64,000 nt of DNA, from contig CM039007.1 in the NCBI GenBank assembly GCA_017499595.2, positions 1,984,001 to 2,048,000 of the forward strand, in the 5' to 3' direction. Positions 12,257-26,099 of this stretch are shown one piece after another. The position numbers and the translations under genes are program-made. The notes under the pieces were generated by a model. It searched no databases. It was not told where the DNA came from and worked only from the letters and a program-made list of their open reading frames with translations. The stretch comes from Psilocybe cubensis (lineage: Eukaryota). Position 1 is the stretch's first letter, and every line of letters starts with the position of its first letter.

Positions 12257-13615
12257 ATGTCTCACACACAAGAAATATCTGACATAATGACTATATGGCA
12301 GTCAAAGAAATTAAGAAAGGAGGACATCACCTTCACGAAAGCGGCCATCTCCTTGAATACGAACGACCCTTTGGTGGTAGCACGACCAGGTTTAAATAAT
12401 TCGAAATGGATAGTCAGTCTCACTGCTCATACTAAATCACAAAATATATCGGTTGACCATAGTCCGCGCTTACAGGTCTGTGACACTGTCACAGGGAAAG
12501 TGGCTGTACTAGTACACGCGGGTATATGGAAATGGACTACTGACCTCGAAACCGGAAATTTTGTACCGTATGGAGAGGAGGCACCCGAAGGCGTACCTGA
12601 CGGGCAAATGTAAGTGAATTTGCATGTAAAGTATCATTGTATATTAATACCACTTTTCATATCAATTAATAGTCAAGATGAACCATCGTTTAAATGTAAA
12701 TTTAGTTACGCCTTCGACACATCCCGCGATACTAGCATATGGGACAATATCAAGGTATCTTCCTACACTATATTAATTCCGTTCTATGACCGCCAATGAC
12801 GGGAAGATTTTTGAAGATCATGTATGCCGTCAACCTGGATTTAACAAAGGGAACAGACCTCGTAGACCATGGCAGAACGGTCGCAGCTCGACTAATAGAG
12901 ATAAATATATCATTAACACTCGAGTTTTCGCGAACCGTTCAGCATTCAATACCAAAGAGGGTGGCGAATATAAAGTCCCTTATGAAGTTCACCCTTGGCT
13001 GAAGGAAGGCATAACACGATTCCCTGAAGCTCATCAAATACCGAACCCAGACAGACCGAAATACTTTGAATTTACGGAAAATCGAATTAGCAGTCTTGCG
13101 GACTCTAACGAACCTACCTTCAAGCAAGGAGACATTATTTGGATGACATTCAAGCTAGGGTTTGTTGTTACTGGTGGCTATTGGTGGCCGGAAATCATTC
13201 CTATAGAATTTGTAAGGGTAGGGAAATTACCGGAGCAAATACATTCTAAAGCCGATCATTCACTCTTCCCATCCGTTGACGAGTCGTTCAATTTACTTTG
13301 CGCCGGGGACATCGTCGAGTTCACAGATGGTTAGTTGCTAAGCTTTATTATGGTCGATATTCATCTAATGCGCAAGGTATCTTTTTTTAACCAGATCATT
13401 CTCCTAGACCAGTAAAACGGATTAGGTTGCATGATTCATACAACCAAGAAGAAGACTCCTATCGAAGGAAAGGTCATGTCGAGAAAGAGGAAGACATCAA
13501 TATGAACGACGAACCCGTGTTAGATGACGACTACGTGCATGTTGATGCACCTGAAACCAATTCCAAAAACCGGCTTCGATCGGGTAGAGGAGGAAAAAAT
13601 ACTAATCGTTCTTAA
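12257..13615 (+). CDS. Multi-exon hypothetical protein with acidic C-terminal tail; candidate OB-fold ssDNA-binding protein
   Basis: ORF pieces 12257-12613, ~12672-12753, ~12807-13330 and ~13395-13615 are linked by short GT..AG introns. Beta-rich motif FKQGDIIWMTFKLGFVVTGGYWWPEIIPIEFVRVG. The gene call is sequence-based; the fold is inference. Confidence 0.6.
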
Positions 13616-16600
13616 TGTAATCGCCACTCGACCGCGATGTACTCGAACAACGACTCGGATATGTAATTAGATGTGTAATAGACAGGTGTGTACTCCGACA
13701 TATAATTTAGATACATGTCGAGACATCAAACATTGTCTGTAAGCCTACGCTTTTCGTTATATTACATGGGCAGGATGCCTAGTTCCCATAACCGATAAAT
13801 GCCTGCGTATATAATAGCCCAACCAACCGCGTCCAAATTACATGCTACTGACCGGACGCATTTACTTGGAACATGCAACCCATATCATCCGAGCACACAC
13901 AGGATTGATACACACACTTCCAGCTCAGTATATTTGGCACAGGTTTCTCCATCTGGAAGGCGTTAGTCAAAGGGAAGAGCAATGGATAAAGAACCTAAGG
14001 CGACCAAGATAATAATCCCATGACAGACATGACCAACAACAGTCAGGTCAAACTCAAGAGCATCATGAAGAAGACCACAAAAGACATAGACGGGTCTCTG
14101 CCGATGTCGACGCATGTACAAAACATCGAGTAATACAAGAGGATGGAATATGTAAATTCCATTGTGCCAATTATCTTATCACACATCTTGCTGATGGACA
14201 TCTCAAAAACACGAGATTTTCTACTGCTTCTAACGCTATGCCTTGGGGTTGCATGCGCTGGAATTCTTGTCTTGCGCCCGGCTTCAAGCAAGGTACTTGT
14301 TCGGAACAAGTGCAACGCTGTATTTGGAACTGGTTTGGATTTGTTCGAGGACTAAATGTGGCATGAAATTATCAGGAAAAAGTCAGTACCGAGTGTCAGT
14401 CTCTTCAAGCATATCCGCCTACGCAAACATACTACACTTTACACTTAGATCCCCGCTAATTGTTTTCTAATATTATATCATAACTTGTGACATCACATGC
14501 TAGATATTTCATGCAGTTTCTCGGCTACGGACGTGACGATAGAATATGGACCTACAACACGCGCGATGTCCACAGCACGACGCAACTGCTGAGCCACAGT
14601 AAAGCCATTTGACATTATCTAATATCACCGCTAGGATTATTACTTCCTTGTCAAATCATTTTCTTATCCGATGTAAAAGCAAACACTTGGTTGGTGCTAC
14701 CGAACGGTCCCGACATATTCCTCTAATGTCCACACAGGATAGCAACTTTTGCTTCCCTCTACCTCTATTTCTAGAGAGCTAACAACGTTAAACTCGTACC
14801 TCTCGTTGTACGTCCTTTCTAGCACTGTACATTCTACTGTACCTTGACGCAAGCATTGTAGCCTTCGGAACACGTTCTTCCTGTAATTACACAAATGCAA
14901 GTGTGTCCCCACGTATCCGACCTGCTACCCATGAAGCCCTTTGCAGACTTGGACGCGTTCACAAATGACTACCTCGTGAACATCCATACCAACTCTGGAT
15001 CAGTTACCTTTGTCATATCCGACGAACTCCAGACCATACTGCGTATCATCGGTTTCACACATACATCTGTCATAGACCTACAGACCGAGATCGGGTATGC
15101 GATCATCTTCCTACCGTTCCAGCGCACGCACATCACCACACACACCGTTCGAATGTTACTGTACTACACACTGGACCTACCATCGTCGAACGGAATCGGC
15201 CTACGGCACGCGAATTGGCCGAACAAGGCGAGCGTACGTACGGCGGAGCGTATGGAATTTGTGTTCGAGACTGTCTTGAAGTGAAACTGTGTATTCCCTC
15301 CTGGAAAAGTGATCGTTGGTACTGGAAATGGTATGCAATGAGGGGGTCCAGGAGCTAGGTGTGTTGGTGTTGATAGTGTTGTATTGGGTTTGTGTTGCGA
15401 TGATTGGGAGAGAGGGACACCACGAATGCGACAGAAGTGACTATCGTGACTGGGAGGTAACGATAATGTCGTTCTGGCACACGGGGAGATTAGGTAGGGA
15501 AGCGGGAACATTCGAAAGATAAGTGTAAGTGTTCGTTGTTCGCTGGGGTCTACAGTAGAAACATGAATGTATTTATACTGTAGGACTAGCTAGCCAAGGT
15601 AATCAGAATCCGAATCAAGTAACAAAGCCAAGGGAGAAAAGGAAGATGAATAATATACAATCTAGCCGAAGGGAAGTAATCTAATCAGTCTCAGGTGATC
15701 GACGGAATAGGAATGAAGTTGAAACATAGATAAGATAACAAAAGGAAGATAACGAAGATGGGAAAAGCTAGGGATGTCACAGCCCTAGTTGCAAATGCAG
15801 ACACTCACAAACTTCATCATACGCGCATTTATGCGACCGTTTCATCCATACACAGCAAGTATGATGTGCGACTCGGTATCAAATTGAAACTATGAGTCGT
15901 ATATGCCTATACATGTAAAAGCAAAGGGTATTATAGTGGTTTGTAGAACCTTGTTGTCGAAAACCATCCGGAAGCGTAGAGGTTGAGTGGAAAGTTTGTA
16001 GGCGCGATGTACGGCAGATCTCTACGTCCAAAAGTTTACTGATGTCGAGTATATGCGTGGCGATGCCCTCTATTCTTCGATTATGGAACGCCGTACCAAT
16101 TTAATGTTCTAACATCCTCGCACCTTTCCTCTGTACATGGCGGTTTTCTTGATGCATGAGCTTCATCATAACCCTTCGCCTCTGCCCGTCCAAGCGACTT
16201 CAGCTCCCATCTTGATCTCAAAGCTTACCTAGATACTGTACAGTATAGACCCTACGTGTACGCATGTCAATAACACGACGACATGTGTTTGATGGCATCG
16301 GGAAGTCTGCCCAGTAGTGCCGTCAATTAAATCCTAGCTTTTCACGTTTGTTGATGATGTTGTACTCTTTTACTCAGAAACGACTAGAACTGTAGGGACA
16401 ATGAACATCCACATCATTTTTTTTTTTTTGACCCCAATGCCAGAGGAACAGTCCCTGAGTGCCTGGTCCAGGGGCATCTCACACAGTAACAGGTGTAGTA
16501 AAGTCTGGGTTATTTGTCGTTAATAGTTGAATCATTTCTGTCGTCGAGTGACATGATGAACCCAGAATGCATATGTAGTCCAGAATAGAAGCCTCGAAAA

Positions 16601-16906
16601 GTATACAATTCCGATTTCCTATCAAAACAAAGAAATCCATAACAGCTTGTATCTGAGATTGAACACTGCACACGAATCTTACACAGTCACTCAAATACCC
16701 CATTGTTGACTTACATGTTCGGTTTAGCCCCCACCTCTACGAAAGAGTAGCCAAGGCGTTCTGCCTTGCCGCATCGACAATATTAAAAATAACACTAGTG
16801 GTGATCGTCATTGTCGTCTAAAAAAATCAGGTTAATCCTAGTCAGCGTATGCTCTGTCGAATGACTTGTTATTAAACACAAAAACGTTCTACTGACCGGA
16901 ACCATA

Positions 16907-17094
16907 GACAACAAAGTAGACTCGCGTATGCACGCGAACATGGTGTCATACGCGAGAACAAGCTGAGCGATGATAAGCTTGCTGATAGACATGATTTATT
17001 CCTTGCGGAGGTCGAGGAGAATAGATTCGAGGCTATCGCATCCGCGTTCGGGAGAGGTGTACTGAATGTGGCGAGACAAGAAGAAGTGTCATAG
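16907..17094 (+). pseudogene. VPS11: Captured fragment encoding the extreme C-terminus of Vps11/Pep5
   Basis: Translates ..YAREHGVIRENKLSDDKLADRHDLFLAEVEENRFEAIASAFGRGVLNVARQEEVS*, matching the post-RING C-terminal segment of fungal Vps11 as I recall it. Confidence 0.75.
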
Positions 17095-18525
17095 GTTGGA
17101 ATAAGCTCACATTTAATCATCATGGACATCTAGGAATGGTAACTGCTTTTGAAATTCAGGTTATCTGGTATGCATGTCTACGTATGCTATTCTGGTGGAA
17201 ATCTCCCGTGGGAGGCTGGAGCAGATAAACTAACGAATCCGCATGAACTATTGCTCGTTGTGGAGTACGACAAAAGTGTATATTCCACGGTAACGTGTAC
17301 GCTACTCAGAATGGTTATAGAACTGCCCTGAGTCGTTCAATCAAAAACCTAATGTCGTATGACCATCTAAACACCAATATACGCCCCAGGGTGGCGTACT
17401 AAGGACTCGGGAGATTGGATAACCCGTCAGATGTCAATCTATTCAAAACTGTAATCGGTTATCGTATGACCATGTAAACACTATTACCGTTACCATTTCA
17501 TTTCTACCACTGTGTTTTACAGGACCCTTGCACCTGAAGCTCGGTTCATTCTGGACCGACGAGCACGTTTATTGTAAATTTCATATAATTTCCGGAAACC
17601 CTCTCGTTTCACACGGTATTTCACAAAATTTGTGTTTGTGACAATCCATACATATTGTGAAGCAGTTTCAACTCATTACTCTTCAAAATTTTGACAGAAA
17701 TAAAGCATTATGAGCCTGTCTCTTTTTGTCTCCATTTTTTGGACTTTTCACGGCGGGATATTCAGAATATAGAAATTCCACAAAGTAGGTAATCAAATGT
17801 TACAACATACTTGAAATATATTGGTCCATCCGTCTTTCACATTCATTTGAAACATAATGCTGCCAAATATACTAAGTTTCTTACCACATAGTGCTTTATT
17901 AACGGGTAATACACTGACACTCAAGTAGCGATGGCAGTAACCGTCTGTCAAATTGAGTCTAGTCTATGAGTCAATGCCAAACATGTGCGGTAACTTCATG
18001 GATTGGAATGAGGACGCGCCCTGGGCGATAAAAAGTAATCAATGTAGGTGTGAGTTGTGTAGTGCAGAGATATATGGCTGTCGGAAAGTGTCGGTTTAGG
18101 CCTCAAATCAACAAAAAACGGATATACCTTCTCAGGGGTAATATATAGTAATTTCTCTTCTCGTGGAGTGATATATATATATAAAATGGTAATACAAAGA
18201 TATTGGAGTGTTATTGACATTATTGATACATTCACATGCTACGGGAGGCAAATAGGATTTGGGTGTCAATGAAATCTTTGATAATGTTCGTTTTAAAGTT
18301 TGAATCTGAATGGTCGGACTGGTTTTCCTCGTCCATTTTTAAAATGTTATGATTAGACGCTGGAAGCTGGTTGATGCTTACATTACACTCTACGGTAAAG
18401 TTTCAACACATGATTACTTTTCCCGTTTTCCTTACTTTCGGCCACACCTGTCCTACTTTTCCATTTGCGGTCACATTACAAGGCTACTATACACAAGCAG
18501 AGGCTTTACACTGTACTATTTAATT

Positions 18526-19275
18526 TTACGTTTTATTTATCTTTATCGTTTGAGCACTTCGGCCCCAGGCACGATAATTCCGATACACCCCCATTTTCCA
18601 GTCGTCCACTAAATCCTCTGCGCACACGATTACCGCTTCAATCAGAATCCATTTCCCTGGACACAAACTGTTTGCCCAAATTCCTTTCGGTATATCTCGC
18701 CCCTCTTCGTCGAGAATTGACGTCATCGTTTTTTTCCAATAAACTGATATTTTGGCTTCTCTCTCGTTTACATCCATAAAGTTGATACAAGTAGATTCAA
18801 CCCCTCCAGCCTATAGATGGTGAATCATGGATGGTTGCCTCGATAGTGAGCACATACCATGCCGGTCCAAGGATATATTTTTTCAGCTTTGTTTAAAAAT
18901 GTCCGCATCCCCTTTATTTGAGCGCACCAAAGTTCCGTCCAAAAAGTGGCGGTACAGTTAAAACATTCTAGAATAATTAGGTGCTACATTCATCAGAATA
19001 TACCCGTTGATTGTTGGTTGAATATATCTTACATCGGCACCATCTTCGTCCCCTACAACAGAACCATTAGTTGCCGAAGTGGTAATGTCAGTCGCATCGG
19101 CAATTTGTCCAACAATATTGATAGCCCGGTAAGAAATATTGTCGTCGAAAGTGTCCCCACGGTATAATACCACTCTTTCGTTTAGAAATTCTTCAGGTCT
19201 GACTGTGTTTGGTAAGGTAACAAATCCGTTTTGAATCGCAAGTCGTAGCTGATTTTGAGTGATAGGTTGGTTCAT
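18526..19275 (-). CDS. Intact three-exon hypothetical protein (~215 aa); candidate OB-fold ssDNA-binding protein
   Basis: MNQPI..DGAD/HLIILECFNCTATFW..WTGM/AGGVESTCINFMDV..ILDEEGRDIPKGIWANSLCPGKWILIEAVIV..RNYRAWGRSAQTIKINKT*, with two phase-0 GT..AG introns. Confidence 0.65.
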
Positions 19276-21689
19276 GATGTGATATATTAGATGAAAGGTT
19301 CAGCCTCAACCTTTTTATACTTAAATTCTGACTGGTTAGTCGAGATGCGAAATGTTCTTACGTAATATGACTTAACACATAAGATGTTGAGTGTAATGCG
19401 TAATCGCATAAATTAACTTATGTTATGTCGAATATACTATCATTTTTGCCCTATTTACCCCTTCTGTCTTCGTCGTGTACGTAATTTGGTTGACCAATAA
19501 CCTGTGCTTCTTGGCCGGTTAGAATGAACCACTGAGTCCATATACAAGTCAACAAGGTTAATAATGTTGCAAATGTTAATATAAATGCCGTATATCTTCA
19601 TATCGCTTCACCATAGTCATCAATATCCTCGTAATTATAATGCTTTGTAAAGTCATTTTATTGGAACAAGACATCCCGGTTTTGTTGTAATTTTTTTGTA
19701 GGATATTGGGCAGGTGCTCGGTGGTATGGTACTGGATTTCCATTTATATCTCTTATGCCGTGGCACTGTAAGATAGGTCGAATGTGGGGCGTAGCACTAT
19801 CTTCTATGATATCCATTTTTCTTCTTCAGAAACAGTCACTTCATGTATGATATCGTTGGGAGGGGGGCGCCGGGTGGTTGGTGGGAAATCCCGCTACGCG
19901 TAGTACAGATCCGGGTTGTCGGATAAGAACCTACGGTACCATGACGTTGGAGACGTCGGAGTTTGGATTGCGTCGGGACAAATATCTTTCAGAGATAGTC
20001 GAAAGTGGGCTTTTGGAAATTGTTACGACGCACTGTCCTAAAGAGACGGTACCAGTCAAGGCGTGATGGGGTGTTTGAAGTGTGTTTGTGTATCTCGATT
20101 TTAGAGCTCAATATCATATACAATGCTTTATTACCAACACATTCAATATCAATTAATGTATCTACCTTGCTACTCAATCATATAGATACTACAGTCAACA
20201 GACTACCGGTTACACTGTAACTGTGCACTCATAGTCAGGCATCTGTCCGGTGACATCGTGATCCATCCAAAGTCGTCGCCAGTTAGCGGATAGGCGATGC
20301 ACTCAGATAGACAGCTAACCCGTGATATTCTTATGCCACTCATGGGAGATCTCAGCAAGCGATCTCTATTATGACATTGTAATCTAAGGTCCGATGTGCC
20401 CATTGAAGAAGATATCTCGAACATTCAGTATCATTCATCGCCGAGCAATGATAATCAGCACTGTGAACGTCTGAGCTGGCAGCGTTTATCAGTTGCTTGT
20501 CATCTATACCGTGTGTCAGCACTGCACTTATATATGCCTAGCTCCATTCATTTTAGAAGAAAATTATGAACTGTTTAAAATTTTGGACGTCACAAATCAC
20601 GACTTTTGTGCTCTGCAGCCATCCTATGACATAGTGAAAGCAAAAATATGTGTCGCCTCTAAAACTTGATGCTCTCTGCTCATCATGTATCCATAATTTT
20701 GGAAGAGCGATGAGCAGTCGCAAAGTCGTACCCTTAAAGTCAGTCGTGTGAAGATGCTTTTGTTCTGGAAGCGACTTGAACAGATTTTCGCATATTACCG
20801 TCCGTGCGATTCCCACTGTACCCGCAAGTTACTTCTCCGACCGCGTATCCATCGTTCATCAACACCGCGTTGGTTAAATAGTCAGTGTGTATCGATCGGT
20901 TTGTGGAGCGTCGAGTGCTAGTCGTTAAACAGGGTCGGATGTATCTGGTGAATCCCACGAATGTGTGGCAGTTCCATCAGTCGTTTCAAAGCGGATTTAT
21001 TACCTTGCCATACACAGTTAGACGGGAAGATTTCTGACAGATAGAGTAGTATTCAAAGGATTCTAGGATAATGATGAGCGTGGTAAGGAAAAATGAACAG
21101 GATATCTATGTAGGGAGACCCATCCAGTACGTTGTGTGCTTTTTACATTAAATTTTTCAATCTCAATCTCTTTACGATTTCTTTTTTACAAAAAAGGGTT
21201 CATCTATTATAAGGTGCGTCCGCCAATTTGAGTCCAAGTTTTTACCGCTGGAACAAAAAACGGTGTTCAGTATCGCCCAATATGGAAGGCGCCGCGGCAT
21301 TTACCGCCCGGTTGTTTTCGCGTTTATGTTTACCCGGCACTGGGCGGGTACTAGGTCACATGTAGTTCCGCGACGCATATGTAATACTTGCAGTGGCTCT
21401 CAATGTGTTTCAAAAGAACTTTCTGCAGCTGCATTCTGTTCGTTCAAAAGTACGCTCGAAGACGGAGGGACGGTGGACAAAGCAAGGGACCCATCCAGGG
21501 AGGCCCTAATGGTACGTTCTACTTGTGTTCAATTTTTTAACCTTAACCATAATTTCCTAGCTTTACCATCTCATCGACTCCGCCACCCTTCACGACGGTC
21601 GCATCCGCCAAGCCAAGCACGTCACCACGAGCTCGCTGTTAGTGGCACGCATGAAGCTGCGTGTCATGAGGATACCCTAAGTTGTTTGT

Positions 21690-22380
21690 ACAGCAAGTGG
21701 TGAGTTGGCTCGTACACAACGAACAGAGAGCTAACGACGCACCTGAATAGAACGCCTCCAGAATGCCCATGGTTTTTGTTTGCACGCTGAGCGGTGAGCT
21801 GGAGTGTACACGACGAGCAGAGAGCCGATCATACACCTGGATAGAGTGCTTCTACAATGCCCACACAGTGTTTATGTCGAGGATTTCTTGAGTCATATCT
21901 ATGCGCTATTGAGCTAACGTGAGTTGCAGTGCACATGACGAGCAAAAGGTTGACGACGCATCTGGATAGAATGGCTTTATAATGCCCAGTGGTGTTTGGG
22001 TCGACGTGACGGTGAGTCGTATTCGCACACTGTTGATCTGGTTAATACCCTTTATACCGCAGACACATGGCATCACTGTGCGGTGAGTTGGGGCGTAGAC
22101 GACGAGCAGGTATCTGATAGAACGGATGACGGTTTTGCTTGTACACTGAGTGGTGTGTTGGAGTGTACACAAAGAACAGAGAACTGATCCCGCACCTGAA
22201 TAGAACCTTTCTACAGTGCCCCGACATTGTTTGTGCCAACAATATGTTGAGTTGTATCTATGCGCTGTTGAGGTGATACTGATACGTTTTGTATACGGTC
22301 AGGGTACGGAGCGGTGAGCTGGAGCGTGTAAGACGTACAGAGAGTTGATAATACACCTGGATGCAGTCTGTATGCACCAT
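21690..22380. repeat. Degenerate direct-repeat array (cacctgaatagaac / cacctggatag cores, ~90-170 bp spacing)
   Basis: Recurrent motifs near 21741, 21834, 21960, 22111, 22194 and 22354, with gcggtgagctggag..gacgagcag linkers. Confidence 0.55.
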
Positions 22381-25300
22381 ACGAAGCTCCGCAACACGTT
22401 GAGTTCCATCCCCATAGTATCGGTGGTAATTTGATTTGCACAGCGTGGAACACTGAGTACTCTCATCGGTGTGTATTCAGGCCATCCGTTGGTGCAGAAT
22501 GCGTACCTCGCTATGCGAAGCTCAGGCCGATGAGGGTTGAACCGATGGCATACAGGAGAGATGGTTGTGGTATCACGTATGACTAGTAAAGTTGAGGCGT
22601 ACAAAATGTGCAGAGGAGCGATGAAGCGATGGGAAGCGGGTGAGATGGCCAGTGGGGAGGACATGTTGGGTTGAACGATGACTGATGATACACCTCCGAC
22701 AATGCCATGTATGTTATGGCTTTCGCATTGCCGCCACGCTCCACCTTGCCTACCACAACACACAGAGCGCTCTGTGTTGTGCCCTCCACCCCTCCTCTGA
22801 CGCCATTATTTTCCGCCCACAACTACATGGAGCGCATGGCGCACACGCCCTCCATTCCGCTCCTGCGTGTCGCTGCAGCCGCCACCACCGTGACATACAC
22901 TCCGCCGTCGCACCTCCATCCTCCACGACATACAAGTAGCGGGGTGCCGCCTGCACGGGGAGGCACCGGAACGCCGACGCGGTTGAAATAGAACCCCAAG
23001 AGTATCAAAATGCGCTTTTCGCTCTTCTTATCCTCTGTTTTCGTATTCGCGTATACTATCCTGCTAGCATCTGCATCTGCATCCGTTTCACCCAAGGGAG
23101 GGTTCTCTCTCCCATGATTACCCTAGCTGGTATAGTAGAGTAAAGGTCCCAGATCAATCTGAGTTATCCGCTGAATAATGTTCTGTTCACGATAGTATTT
23201 TTATCTATATCAAAAATGTAGCTGATATAGCGACAATGTCAACAGTAAAAAACAAGCCGCTACTTTACTTTACTCGAGCGAACGAGAATGGGAATATATG
23301 GTTAGTAGACAAGCAGTAGTACGAATTTCGATATGAGGGGGGAGTGTCACTGAATATCATCGAACATATGAGGATTTTGATAGTAACAAACCAGAGGTGA
23401 CCAGATATTGTCTGCTGTCAAGTAAACGAGAACAGGGTGTGAGAGCGGACTCGTTGACAGGGAAAGGGGAGTAGACGGTAGCAAACAGCTCCACGATGTC
23501 GTGTCGACACGGAAGTTTGGCGGAAGTAGCATAAAATATACTTCGTAGCGAAGGCGATGTGAAGGAAGACTACGGGAAAGTTGTCGCTTGTACTGGATGA
23601 GCATAGTGGTAGGCTTCTGCTTGTCGCGAACGGGGGAAGGGTATGTGGGACAGTAGATCACGAGTAAAATCGACGTCTGCAATGAAGTGGATTTGGTTGC
23701 TGAAGCGCTGAAGCGCTGACCGGGACCGTTTACACTTTCTTAGTCACACCAAACAAATCACATGAGTATAATGACTTTTCGACGCGTACTCCTATTTAGT
23801 ACTGTCACGTTATATTTTTGTGCACATGTTAATATCAAGATTTATTCTGTCGTTATCTGAAAGCGGTGACTACAGGAAGACTTTGTACGTGGCTATACAG
23901 AGTTTTACACCAGTTATACTTTAAGTACACCAAATACTCTTATAACGGTCGTTGTATAAGTATATATAATAATATTAAATATTGGAATGAACACTCACGG
24001 TAAACATATGCGCCTATGGCAGAGATGAAGGTTGTCTGGTTCTATAATTACATAGAGCGTTCCCTTTAAAAAAGATATTTGTCAGTGGTCATGTTTTATT
24101 AGACAAACAACATACATCTCTAATGGTCGTGTCCTTGACTGTTCCGTATATGACTTTCCCACCTTGACTAAAGAAAAAAACTTTAGTTCCAATCTAGAAA
24201 ATGTATGAGTATAACCAATGGTTAAAGTAGAGAATTGAGCATGGATTAAACATACATGGAATTGTATATTGTCTGAATGTTGCTGGTTTTGGCCAAGAGA
24301 TGCATTGTTTATTTCAGTATTTTCGACCATGATGTTGTTTAAAGACAGAAAAGCTGTAGTAAAGCTTTGACCAATGTCAATGACTATTAGGTTGTTACAA
24401 CCCAGTTTTATACTGAAATATTATAATCCTAAGATCTGTTGTTTTTGAATTCGAATAGAAACTTCTATAGTTGTTACGTTTTATTTACGTCCGAATTTAA
24501 ATAGGATTTAATTTCATTGAATTAGAAACAGGGTTCAACTTTATTACTATTAAACTTCTTGATTCCGGCAATGACTATTCGGATATACACTCATTGGTGG
24601 GCTGCATATTAATATAGTCTTACATAAAATAGTTTAATTTAATAGCAAATAACTTCATTTTTTGAATTGTGTTTTATACGTAATTAGACACAGAGTCTTT
24701 TTCTATAGTCTAGAATCAAATTAAAATTACTCAGGATCTTTTGCTCATAGTGGCGTAATATGATGAAACACATTGTATTTTTAGAATGATTCCTCATGAT
24801 GGCGTCATCTTTACTTTTGAACAAATATATTAGACAGTATGCAATGTACATTATACCAACATTCACAGCCTCCTTTGATTTTTTTCTACTCTCTATTATG
24901 ATAATTATACTTGTCGAATAAAAAGGTGTTTATAGTTATGTTTTTACTTTTCTCTTTTTATAACAAATTTGTTTAACACATTTTATTTTTAGTTTAGAAA
25001 CACACTTGTATGTCATCAGAAAGTAACTATATTATAGTATCATTACCCTGTTTCACATTGTATGTATAATTCTATATAATTGATATTTATCAGTTACGTA
25101 GAATCTGATCTTGTTTTTTTTTATATAGTTATCAAGAATAGGTGTTTTATTGTGACGCTAAGATCCTATTCATTTCTATGATGTTGATATTGTGCATATC
25201 TATTGTCCAGAAATATACATTGTACGTACTTTACGGATTTGGTGCAACTATTTGCAGTTAGTATCCTTTTAATTGGATATTAAACCAAATAGTAAAGTAT

Positions 25301-26099
25301 GTCATTGTATATGTCTGATACAATATGTAGACATGCACGACCTTTAGAAGCTATTTAACAGCAAGATTTAGAAAGTCATATTGAATGTGTGTTGGTTCTA
25401 GTGTATTATTTAAATAAATGTGGTGTGTTCATATTAGCGTTTAAGTAATAATGATATATGTCAGTGGCATGGTGACAAATTTATTGAATTTATATTTTGT
25501 GGATTTAATTTGAATTCAAATGTCATTATGTATATCTGTATTACAGTTAAAATATTTGTTTATACAACCACTTTTCCTATCAGAAATAGATAGAAATCAT
25601 AGTTGAGAATAGGATTTGTGTAAATACTATCTACTATCAAGTCATTGATGTATTACAAGGCTTATTCAGGTGATTTTCTATACTGATCATGAACCGATAT
25701 GACTGACAGAAACCTTGCGGTAATTGGTAATTCATACCATGATGACGTTACTGGTATCTGCCTATCGGAAGCTATCCATTGCATGGTCCGACGGCAACTT
25801 GCTCGTATAGCGTTAACTTCTTGAAGAACCGATTGTGAGGGCAAAGGGTATTCCTCTTTGTCTATATCCTTATGACTTCGTCCCTTCCCACTAGCCTCTT
25901 CATTACTTAACTATTCCCTTTCCAGATGCTGACGTATAAAGGTCCGTGGGTTTGCCGTCTCACTATCGCCGCCTATCAATGTAATATTCTAGAAGGGTTT
26001 ATCAAATTTGGTCAATGGGTGGCGTATGACGTCATCGATGATACTCGTTTCATTAGATGGTTCTGTGATGATGCTTCATCTAGAGCCCGCTGGGACGTA

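Noticed and set aside
14486-15781. Possible solo LTR bounded by tgtgacatc..gatgtcaca with a TATA box on the minus strand
   Set aside because: Flanks (taact / gccct) form no target-site duplication and no second LTR, PBS or gag-pol is visible; cannot be supported from this window.
19600-21000. Fragmentary minus-strand ORFs
   Set aside because: No recognisable domain and multiple stops; could be decayed cargo but I cannot assign it.
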